A stretch of 46,518 bases of DNA, from positions 1 through 46,518 of the forward strand of contig JAFZPF010000112.1 in NCBI GenBank assembly GCA_017550455.1, read 5' to 3'. Of this stretch, positions 31,236 through 39,646 are shown piece by piece. This DNA is from Prevotella sp. Its GTDB lineage: Bacteria > Bacteroidota > Bacteroidia > Bacteroidales > Bacteroidaceae. Positions within the stretch are counted from its first letter, which is position 1, and every line of letters begins with the position of its first letter. The translations under genes were made by a program, and so were the position numbers. The notes below the pieces were generated by a model. It was not told the DNA's origin and searched no databases. It saw only the letters and a program-made list of their open reading frames with translations.

Positions 31236-31476
31236 TCATTTGCTGCGAATTTCCAAAAGACTCAGGCAACTTTGTATCCCAGCGGATAGCAAATTCGTAC
31301 TTGGAAGGCCATATTTCATGGCTATTTCCTTCCGTGACTTGCCACTTTGCATGTACTCAATGCAAATACTGCGCTTCAAACCGCGACTGAATTTCTTGTT
31401 TCCCATTTTGCTTAAATGACTTTAATTATTTAACATTTAAGGCTGCATGGGAGTCAACCTATTTCAGGCTAAGACA
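31236..31476 (-). mobile_element. IS3-family left-end remnant (terminal IR plus degenerate orfA HTH)
   Basis: Reverse complement begins TGTCTTAGCCTGAAATAGGTTGAC; 56-aa ORF 31406-31236 MGNKKFSRGLKRSICIEYMQSGKSRKEIAMKYGL. Confidence 0.6.
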
Positions 31477-31685
31477 CTTAGATTTTACCGAGCGTAAGCA
31501 ATTTATCTAACGCAATACAAAATAAATCCTAATATATTTTTATTGCTGAGGTGCAGCTCATCTTATTTAAATATAATACGAAAGATTCATATTTCCAAAT
31601 GATAGGGGATTATTTATTTGCTCTGTAGAAAAAAACAACGTACCTTTGCATGATTGGTTTAGAGTTTTGCGATTTTTTGAGGAAT

Positions 31686-32537
31686 ATGAAAAAAGGATTG
31701 GTATTGGAAGGAGGAGCGTTAAGAGGATTGTTTACCGTGGGGATCCTTGATGTGCTCATGGAGAACGATGTCACCTTCGACGGGCTCATCGGTGTCTCCG
31801 CCGGGGCAGCCTTCGGATGTAACATGAAAAGCCGTCAGCCGGGGCGTGCCATCCGCTATAATACCGACTATGCCAAAGACTGGCGTTACTGCAGCTTCCG
31901 TTCTTACCTGAAGACCGGTGACCTGTTCGGCGGTGAGTTCGACTACCACTACCTGCCCCGACACCTGGATATCTTCGACGAAGAGGCATTCGACAAGAAT
32001 CCCATGGAGATGCATGTGGTATGCACCGATGTGACGACAGGCAAAGCCGTTTATAAGCAACTCGACAAATGCAGCTACGACTGTTATGAGTGGATCCGCG
32101 CCTCCGCCTCCATGCCCATCGTTTCGCATATCGTGAAGGTAGAAGGGTATCAGTTGCTCGACGGAGGCATCGCCGACTCCATTCCCTTGAAGTATTTCCA
32201 ACAGATAGGCTACGACAGGAATGTCGTCATCCTCACCCAGCCTGCCGGTTATGTGAAGGAAAAGAACAGGCTATTACCCCTGATGCGGATGCAGCTCCGC
32301 AAATATCCCGCCTTTATCAAGGCCGCTGCCGACCGCCATCTGATGTATAATGCGCAGACCGCTTATGTGAAAGAACAGGAGTCGTTGGGAAACGCCCTCG
32401 TGATCCGTCCGCACGAGCCGATACCTATCGGACATATCTCTCACGACCCAGAGGAAATGTGGAAGGTTTACCGCATCGGCAGAGCCGTAGGAGAAGAATA
32501 TCTGCAGAAGATTATCGACTTCCTGGCTAAGCCCTGA
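31686..32537 (+). CDS. patatin-like phospholipase
   Basis: EGGALRG, GVSAG and DGG motifs; start at ATG 31686 (283 aa). Confidence 0.95.
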   Translation: MKKGLVLEGGALRGLFTVGILDVLMENDVTFDGLIGVSAGAAFGCNMKSRQPGRAIRYNTDYAKDWRYCSFRSYLKTGDLFGGEFDYHYLPRHLDIFDEEAFDKNPMEMHVVCTDVTTGKAVYKQLDKCSYDCYEWIRASASMPIVSHIVKVEGYQLLDGGIADSIPLKYFQQIGYDRNVVILTQPAGYVKEKNRLLPLMRMQLRKYPAFIKAAADRHLMYNAQTAYVKEQESLGNALVIRPHEPIPIGHISHDPEEMWKVYRIGRAVGEEYLQKIIDFLAKP

Positions 32538-32649
32538 AACACTTTCTTTGAAAAAAGACAAACTTTTTTTTGGGCATTACAAGCGAAATGCGTAACTTTG
32601 TCGGTGAGCGATAAAAATTGTTTTTTTTACTCACTTATAGTAGTAAGCC

Positions 32650-33336
32650 ATGGGAAAGATAACACAGGAGAATTTTGAACATACCTACGTAGATCCTATC
32701 GAGTTACGTCAGATCGATAAGTTTGTGTGTGCTGAGATGGGGCGGCAGATACACCGTTACATCAAGGGAATGTCAGGATCAAAAAAGATCATGGAGAAAT
32801 TCGAAGAGGCCATCTCCACATTCTCTGTACCTGAGAAAGAAGTAGCCATCGCAAGGTATATCGACCTGAACCGAAAGGCTATCAGTGGGTTGGACTTCGA
32901 GATTGTATTGGCACGCGCCATCGCCAACTACTGTGATACGTACGACTATTTTTTGACGATGATCAACGACAAGGAAAAGATGGACTTCTACCTGAAACGT
33001 ATCAAAGACAAATATATCCGTTTCCATAAGGTGATTGAGCATAACGGGCTCTTCGGCATCGTTGATCATGAGGGAAAGACGATTATCTCCCCGAACTATG
33101 AATTCCTGCGTACCTGCTATACATATGTCGATGATCTGGTGACCATGCCCATCATCGCACAGAAAAACGGAAAACTCGGACTAATACTGCCCGACCGGAA
33201 AGATACCGTGGTAGCCGATTTCATCTTCGATGATATCCAGTTGCGCGACGAATATCCCTACTTCGAAGGATGGATCGGTGACAAGAAAGTTTATCTCGAC
33301 GAGTCATTCTACAATCAGACATTAGATAAAAATTGA
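32650..33336 (+). CDS. hypothetical protein with C-terminal WG-like repeats
   Basis: NGLFGIVDHEGKTIISPNYE and NGKLGLI; own -7 box TAACTTTG upstream. Confidence 0.65.
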   Translation: MGKITQENFEHTYVDPIELRQIDKFVCAEMGRQIHRYIKGMSGSKKIMEKFEEAISTFSVPEKEVAIARYIDLNRKAISGLDFEIVLARAIANYCDTYDYFLTMINDKEKMDFYLKRIKDKYIRFHKVIEHNGLFGIVDHEGKTIISPNYEFLRTCYTYVDDLVTMPIIAQKNGKLGLILPDRKDTVVADFIFDDIQLRDEYPYFEGWIGDKKVYLDESFYNQTLDKN

Positions 33337-33360
33337 AAAAACATAGTTACGTAACTATCG

Positions 33361-33388
33361 AAAGGTTTCTCATCAAGAGAAGCCTTTA
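33361..33388 (+). terminator. intrinsic terminator-like hairpin
   Basis: AAAGGTTTCTC-ATCAA-GAGAAGCCTTT. Confidence 0.65.
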
Positions 33389-33431
33389 TTGTAATTTATG
33401 CTCTTAGTTGGCGGGGACTACCAACGTATAT

Positions 33432-33720
33432 CAAAGGCCGAAGGCCTGATAAGATTATAGTCAGGCGGTGGAACTCTATTTTTGCCTGAGTCACCACCAT
33501 ACATAGTACAAAGGCCAAAGGCCTGATAAGATTATAGGCAGGCGGTGGAGCGCAGCGAAACCCCTGTAATGATGCATACGATCATCTAAACCCCGACGGG
33601 GTGACAGATTTCTGTCATACCTTCGGCATTTATTAATAGCGACCTTTTCGCAGGGGTTCCGCTTCGCTTCACCCCTGCCTATGGTCTATCGCACTTTCAG
33701 TGCTCTGGGCCAACTGATAT
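33432..33720. repeat. REPIN-like composite element (33509-33720) with a partial tandem copy (33432-33472)
   Basis: Inverted homolog at 43574-43785; ATAGGCAGG/CCTGCCTAT arms and four mini-hairpins. Confidence 0.85.
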
Positions 33721-33728
33721 ATCATTAC

Positions 33729-33779
33729 CTAAAATTAAAAGCAGAGTATGAAAAAAATAAAAAAAACAGAAATATTTGA
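33729..33779 (+). pseudogene. C-terminal remnant of a RelE/HigB (Gp49-like) toxin
   Basis: LKLKAEYEKNKKNRNI* overlapping the antitoxin ATG; no start codon or N-terminal part. Confidence 0.5.
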
Positions 33780-34053
33780 TGTTGATGCTCAATTGGATGC
33801 TTTCTTTGGTAAAGAAGGTTCTCCCGAACGCCGTGCTGCTGAAGAGCGTGCAAATGCATTCTTTACAGGTCAAATTATAGAAGAAGCACGTAAGAAAGCA
33901 AATATCACACAGGCTGAGTTAGCAGAGCGCATCGGTACAAACAAGTCTTATATCTCTCGTGTGGAGAACGGTAGGACAGAACCGAAAGTCTCAACTTTTT
34001 ATCGTATTGCTGCTGCTCTGGGCTTATCTGTGGAACTCATGCCAACAAATTAG
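33748..34053 (+). CDS. XRE/HTH transcriptional regulator, HigA-like antitoxin
   Basis: FGKEGSPER..., EARKKANITQAELAERIGTNKSYISRVENG. Confidence 0.88.
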   Translation: MKKIKKTEIFDVDAQLDAFFGKEGSPERRAAEERANAFFTGQIIEEARKKANITQAELAERIGTNKSYISRVENGRTEPKVSTFYRIAAALGLSVELMPTN

Positions 34054-34100
34054 AAGTGTAATTATTTTGCACTTTACACTTTTTTGTGTACTTTTGCGCC

Positions 34101-34258
34101 CGTAATCGGTTCACAATAAGTGATTAAAAGGGAATCAGGTGGAAGTCCTGAACAGTCCCGCTGCTGTAAATGTTATTTGTTGTGCAAGCAAAATACCACT
34201 GAAAATTTTTTCGGGAAGGTGCTTGCATGAAGACATAAGTCAGAAGACCTGCCATTGC
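34101..34258 (+). ncRNA. cobalamin riboswitch
   Basis: AAAAGGGAATCAGGTGGAAGTCCTGAACAGTCCCGCTGCTGTAA, CCACTG...GGGAAGG and B12 box AGTCAGAAGACCTGCC; -7 box TACTTTTG at 34089-34096. Confidence 0.95.
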
Positions 34259-34305
34259 AAATGTTTCATCACGGCCTCGAGGAAAGGCTTCGTAATGATT
34301 GATTT

Positions 34306-36309
34306 ATGAACAGGTTTTTATTATTCTTTTTGATGGTCTTTCTCACCCTCTGCTCGCAAGCGCAGAACAATCATCGTATGCAAAAAGAGCAGCAGTTAGA
34401 CTCCGTCATCGTCAAAGGGCACCGCATTGACAGGAATGTGTTAGCAGGGCGCCCCATACAGGTGATGCAGAAAGAAGAACTGGAGCAGTTAGGGCTTACC
34501 AACCTGGCGGATGCCGTAAAGAAATTCGCCGGCACAAACGTGAAAGACTATGGTGGCATCGGAGGTATGAAGACGGTGAGCGTGAGAAATCTCGGGGCAC
34601 ATCATACGGCAGTGAGCTACGACGGTATCACCATCTCCAACACCCAAGCCGGACAGATAGACATCGGGCGCTACACCTTAGATAATATACAGAGTGTCAG
34701 CATGGCTATCGGTGAACAGGAAGAACTGATGCAGTCGGCACGTCACTATGCCGCTGCAGGTATTCTGAACATGCTCTCGGAAAGGCCCCACTTCGAGAAT
34801 GGCCGTAAGGACGCTTTGCGTTTCCGGCTCCGGGCTGGTTCTTTCGGGTTGTTCAGTCCCTCCCTGTTATACTGGCGACAACTCGGTAATGCCACCACCC
34901 TGTCGCTCAACGGCAGTTATATGCGGGCTGACGGCACATATCCCTTCACGCTGATCAACGGTATCGAGAAGACGAAAGAGAAACGTTATAACTCCGATAT
35001 CTACTCCTGGCAGGGTGAGGCAAACATCTATCATACCTTCAAGGATGACAGTCAGTTAGACTGGAAAGCATGTTGGTATTACTCACAGCGTGGCTTGCCC
35101 GGCAGTGTGGTTCTTTATAACAACAGGAGTGAGGAGCGTTTGTGGGATGAGGATTTCTTCACACAGGCTATCTATAAACGCAGGCTGTCCGCTCATTGGA
35201 ACCTGCAGGCACGGATGAAATACACCCACTCATGGAATCGTTATGAAGATACCGATGTGAAATATACCGATGGCAAACAAGTGGATGTGGACCGGCAGAA
35301 CGAATACTACGGTTCTGCCACCATCGGCTGGAATCCGATAGCGATCCTCTCACTGGCTCTTGCACAGGATCTCTCGTACAACAACTTGAGGAACAATATC
35401 AACATTGCGAACAACAGTGAGTCTCCCTACCCCGAGCGATTTACTTCGCTGACCTCACTGACAGCACAACTGAGAACACAGCGAGTGGACATCACCGGAA
35501 ATATCGTAGCCACATACGCTACGGAGAAAGTGAAGAGCGGCAACCAGCCCGACGACCGCAAACGACTGTCACCCTCCCTGTCACTCTCCTATCGTGTGCT
35601 TCACGATCAGGCCCTGTTCCTCAGAGCCATGATGAAGAGCACCTTCCGCATGCCCTCGTTCAACGATCTCTATTATCGCCGGATGGGAAATACCGGACTG
35701 CGCCCGGAGATTGCACGCGAATATAATATAGGTATAACGTGGAGCGGACAACCGCTGCGTGCCGTAAGATACCTCAGTTTTACCCTCGACGGTTACTATA
35801 ATGACGTGACCGACAAGATCGTGGCATTCCCCAGCACGTATGTTTGGAAGATGGCCAACTTCGGTAAGGTACACATCAAAGGTGTGGATATGACCCTCGC
35901 CACGGAGATACCTGCCAGTCGGCAAGTGAGTGTTATCGTAACAGCCGCCTATACCTGGCAACAGGCAAAAGACAAGCTGGAGCAGTCGGCATCCTACAAC
36001 CGTCAACTGCCCTATACCCCGCAGCATAGCGGTAACCTCTCCCTGCTCGTGAGAAACCCGTGGGTGAATATCGGCTACAGTATGCTCATGCAAGGCAAAC
36101 GGTGGAGCTCCGCCCAGAATACTTCCGAGTATTCACTGAATGCGTATTGGGAACACACCCTCACCCTGAGTAAGGAGTTCCTGTTGAGATGGGCTCGCAT
36201 GAATATCCAAGGATCCATACACAACTTCACCGACACCCACTATGAGATTATCAAATATTATCCCATGCCGGGACGCTCATATCATTTATCTGCAACAATA
36301 ACATTTTAA
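34306..36309 (+). CDS. btuB: TonB-dependent cobalamin receptor
   Basis: LDSVIV TonB box, plug domain, FRMPSFNDLY and C-terminal PGRSY..F; under a B12 riboswitch. Confidence 0.9.
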   Translation: MNRFLLFFLMVFLTLCSQAQNNHRMQKEQQLDSVIVKGHRIDRNVLAGRPIQVMQKEELEQLGLTNLADAVKKFAGTNVKDYGGIGGMKTVSVRNLGAHHTAVSYDGITISNTQAGQIDIGRYTLDNIQSVSMAIGEQEELMQSARHYAAAGILNMLSERPHFENGRKDALRFRLRAGSFGLFSPSLLYWRQLGNATTLSLNGSYMRADGTYPFTLINGIEKTKEKRYNSDIYSWQGEANIYHTFKDDSQLDWKACWYYSQRGLPGSVVLYNNRSEERLWDEDFFTQAIYKRRLSAHWNLQARMKYTHSWNRYEDTDVKYTDGKQVDVDRQNEYYGSATIGWNPIAILSLALAQDLSYNNLRNNINIANNSESPYPERFTSLTSLTAQLRTQRVDITGNIVATYATEKVKSGNQPDDRKRLSPSLSLSYRVLHDQALFLRAMMKSTFRMPSFNDLYYRRMGNTGLRPEIAREYNIGITWSGQPLRAVRYLSFTLDGYYNDVTDKIVAFPSTYVWKMANFGKVHIKGVDMTLATEIPASRQVSVIVTAAYTWQQAKDKLEQSASYNRQLPYTPQHSGNLSLLVRNPWVNIGYSMLMQGKRWSSAQNTSEYSLNAYWEHTLTLSKEFLLRWARMNIQGSIHNFTDTHYEIIKYYPMPGRSYHLSATITF

Positions 36310-36320
36310 ATAATATCATT

Positions 36321-37391
36321 ATGAAATTCAGAAAAATTATGTTAGGTGCACTGAGTGCACTGATGATCACCGCAGGATTCACTGCCTGTGATGACGAAGA
36401 CTGGGATCCGATCAAAGAAGGTTCAACCATTGAGATGGTGCAGACACGTGCTTTTATCCTCAATGAGGGTAACTATGGAGATAACAATGCCGGCATCACC
36501 TATTTCGACTGGATGACAGACAACACCTATAACAGTGATCTGTACATGGCTCAGAACAAGAAGGCGTTGGGCGACACCGGACAGGATATCATCGTTGAAG
36601 ACGGAAATATCTATGTGATCCTCTCCAATAGTAAATCCATCGTAAAACTCAACAGTGTGGGTGTGGAGAAAGCAAGAGCATCTGTTCCTACCGACTTGGG
36701 AGATCCCCGTTATATGGTAGAGGAAGACGGTTATCTGTATGTCACCTGCTATGGTGGTTTCATCGCCAAATACAAAGCATCCGACCTCACCTTCGTCAGC
36801 AAGGTTACCGTGGGCCAGAACCCGGAATATATCATCGAGGAAGACGGTAAGCTCTATTGCACCAACTCCGGTTGGGGTAAGGACAACCGTGTGGCTGTCG
36901 TTGACATCAAATCCTTCAAAACTGCTACCTTCCAGGAGGTGATGAGTAATCCTGACCATATCATCGAGGTGGCCGACCATATCTATGTACAGGGGTACGG
37001 CGCAGCATACGACTACCCATGGGGTGAGCTGAAGAACGGCAAGTTCACACAGATCGGCAATGCCAGCAACTGGTGTGCTTACAGTAACATGCTGTATATC
37101 GTAAACTCTGTTACTGACTGGACAACCTACACCACCTCAAACACCTTCTATAGCTACAACGCCAAGACTGGTACGCTCAACAACAGCAGCTTCTTGAAGA
37201 ATGCCCCGGCAGAACTTGCCAGCTCTTCTGTCTATGGTATGAGCACGAACCCGAAGAATGGTGACATCTACATCATGACATCCGACTATGTCAACAACGG
37301 TAATGTCTATCATTTCAGAAACGACGGTACCTTCGTATCGAAGTTTGGCACAACAGGTCTCAGTCCACGTAAGATCGTCTTCCTGAACTAA
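36321..37391 (+). CDS. btuG: surface beta-propeller lipoprotein, BtuG-like
   Basis: Lipobox FTAC followed by acidic export signal DDED; ILNEGN and LGDTGQD motifs. Confidence 0.8.
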   Translation: MKFRKIMLGALSALMITAGFTACDDEDWDPIKEGSTIEMVQTRAFILNEGNYGDNNAGITYFDWMTDNTYNSDLYMAQNKKALGDTGQDIIVEDGNIYVILSNSKSIVKLNSVGVEKARASVPTDLGDPRYMVEEDGYLYVTCYGGFIAKYKASDLTFVSKVTVGQNPEYIIEEDGKLYCTNSGWGKDNRVAVVDIKSFKTATFQEVMSNPDHIIEVADHIYVQGYGAAYDYPWGELKNGKFTQIGNASNWCAYSNMLYIVNSVTDWTTYTTSNTFYSYNAKTGTLNNSSFLKNAPAELASSSVYGMSTNPKNGDIYIMTSDYVNNGNVYHFRNDGTFVSKFGTTGLSPRKIVFLN

Positions 37392-37398
37392 TACTTCA

Positions 37399-38532
37399 AT
37401 GAAGAATAAAAGCATACTTATCCTGTTTACCGTCCTGTTCCTCTGCGCTTGTGGCAGGAGAACAGGTACGGGAAAGGATGTCCAAGGAGACACCCTCCAA
37501 CTGAAGTATGCTGAACATCTCACCATCATCCGCCATCAGGGGTTTACCGAAGTGCTGTTGGCTGATCCATGGAATACCGGAAAGACATTACATAAGTATC
37601 TCCTGGTTCCCTCGGAGAGTGAACTGCCCCGACAGTTACCACAGGGATCGGTCATCCGCACCCCTATCCGAAAGGCAGTCATCGCCACCAGCGTGCACTG
37701 CGGACTTGTAGCGTCGATGGGTTGTCAGAAGGCCATTGCCGGTGTCTGCGATCAACAGTATATCCATCTGCCATGGGTACAAGAAGGTTGTAAGAATGGC
37801 ACGGTGATCGACTGTGGCAGCGGACTGGCGCCTTCGGTGGAGAAGATTATCGATGTGAATGCCGATGCACTCTTCCTCTCTCCCTTCCAGAACAGTGGTG
37901 GCTACGGCCCGGTGGTTGAGTTGGGCGTACCCATCGTGGAGACAGCCGACTATATGGAGACGTCTGCCCTTGGACGCGCTGAATGGATGAAATTCTACGG
38001 TATGCTGTTCGGTGTGGAGGAAAAAGCCGACAGTATCTTCCAGGAGGTGGAGAGCGATTATCTTTCGCTGAAGGAGAAAGCAGCCACCGCCAGTCGGCAG
38101 AAACCCCGGCAGTCGATCGTCATGGACAAACAGACGGGGTCCGTATGGTATGTGCCCGGAGGGAAGAGCACCATCGGAAAGATGATCACCGATGCCCAGG
38201 CCGACTATGCGTGGTCTGCCGATGACCATAGCGGTAGTTTGGCACTGCCTTTCGAGAGTGTTCTCGAGAAAGCAGGCAACGCCTCCTTCTGGTTCTTCCG
38301 GTATAATGCCCCTCAGCCCGTTACCTATGCCTCCCTGTTGAGTGAGCATCATGGCTATGATCACTTTGATGCCTTCCGCAACAAGAAAGCCTACGGCTGT
38401 AATACCGCCACCAGCACCTTCTATGAGGATACCCCCTTCCATCCCAACCTCCTCTTGCGTGACTTTGTCACCGTCCTCTATCCGGAATTATCTTTAGGAG
38501 AACCCCGTTATTTCATCCATTTACAACAATAA
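37399..38532 (+). CDS. btuF: ABC transporter substrate-binding lipoprotein (B12/Fe class)
   Basis: Lipobox LCAC; DYMETSALGRAEWMKF. Confidence 0.85.
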   Translation: MKNKSILILFTVLFLCACGRRTGTGKDVQGDTLQLKYAEHLTIIRHQGFTEVLLADPWNTGKTLHKYLLVPSESELPRQLPQGSVIRTPIRKAVIATSVHCGLVASMGCQKAIAGVCDQQYIHLPWVQEGCKNGTVIDCGSGLAPSVEKIIDVNADALFLSPFQNSGGYGPVVELGVPIVETADYMETSALGRAEWMKFYGMLFGVEEKADSIFQEVESDYLSLKEKAATASRQKPRQSIVMDKQTGSVWYVPGGKSTIGKMITDAQADYAWSADDHSGSLALPFESVLEKAGNASFWFFRYNAPQPVTYASLLSEHHGYDHFDAFRNKKAYGCNTATSTFYEDTPFHPNLLLRDFVTVLYPELSLGEPRYFIHLQQ

Positions 38533-38539
38533 GACCACG

Positions 38540-39559
38540 ATGCAAAAAGGAGCCCTCTTCCTGTTGGTAAGCACCCTGCTGATCATCATACTCTTCTGTG
38601 TGAGTCTGCTGATCGGAGCCGTTGACATCCCCGTCAACGAGGTCATCAGTATCCTTACCGGAAAGACATCGGAGAAGGCATCGTGGCAGTATATCGTGTT
38701 ACAGAGTCGTCTGCCGCAAGCTATCACCGCCACGCTCTGCGGAGGATCCTTAGCGGTCAGCGGACTGATGTTACAGACGGCTTTCCGTAACCCCTTAGCC
38801 GACCCGGGTATCTTCGGTATCAACAGTGGTGCATCGATGGGTGTTGCCTTGGTGATGCTCCTGTTAGGTGGGAATATCATCGCCGGCAACCTGAATATCA
38901 CCGGGTTCTTCGCCATCCTCTTGGCAGCCTTTATAGGGGCTATGCTCGTGATGGCCTTGATCCTCTTTTTCTCTACCATCGTGAGAAACAACGTGATGCT
39001 GCTGATTATCGGCATCATGATCGGATATATCACCTCCTCGGGCATTTCCCTGTTGAACTTCTTTGCCACAGAAGAGGGCGTGCAGAGTTATATGGTATGG
39101 GGATTGGGTAACTTCGGTGGTGTCACCATGCAGCAGATGCCGGTATTCGCCAGTGTGTGTGTGGCAGGACTGATCCTGTCTCTCCTACTGATAAAACCGC
39201 TGAATGCCTTGTTGTTAGGAGAGCAATATGCTGAGAACCTTGGTGTGAACACCCTGCGGGTACGTAATTATTTGTTGGTGGTTACCGGACTGCTCACCGC
39301 CATCACCACTGCCTTCTGCGGTCCTATCTCGTTTATTGGTTTGGCTGTACCCCATATCGCACGTATCCTACTTGGCACCGATAACCATCAGTGGCTCATG
39401 CCGGCCACCATCCTGTCAGGAGCCGTCATCGCTTTGCTGTGTAATATCCTCTGCGTGTTACCGGGTGATAACGGCATCATCCCCCTGAATGCCGTCACCC
39501 CCATCATCGGCGCGCCCGTTATCATCTATGTCATCGCCAAACAGCGAAAACGAGGTTAA
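38540..39559 (+). CDS. btuC: FecCD/BtuC-family ABC permease
   Basis: RLPQAITA, FRNPLADP, LGEQYAENLG and FIGLAVPH motifs. Confidence 0.9.
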   Translation: MQKGALFLLVSTLLIIILFCVSLLIGAVDIPVNEVISILTGKTSEKASWQYIVLQSRLPQAITATLCGGSLAVSGLMLQTAFRNPLADPGIFGINSGASMGVALVMLLLGGNIIAGNLNITGFFAILLAAFIGAMLVMALILFFSTIVRNNVMLLIIGIMIGYITSSGISLLNFFATEEGVQSYMVWGLGNFGGVTMQQMPVFASVCVAGLILSLLLIKPLNALLLGEQYAENLGVNTLRVRNYLLVVTGLLTAITTAFCGPISFIGLAVPHIARILLGTDNHQWLMPATILSGAVIALLCNILCVLPGDNGIIPLNAVTPIIGAPVIIYVIAKQRKRG

Positions 39560-39560
39560 T

Positions 39561-39646
39561 TAGTTCAAAGTTCATAGTGCATAGTTCATAGTTATGAGCT
39601 TATGATGTATTTTTAACTATGAACTATGCACTATGAACTATGAACT
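39561..39646. repeat. convergent ATAGTTC heptamer arrays forming a perfect 25 bp inverted repeat
   Basis: 39570-39594 pairs with 39614-39638; likely bidirectional terminator. Confidence 0.85.
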
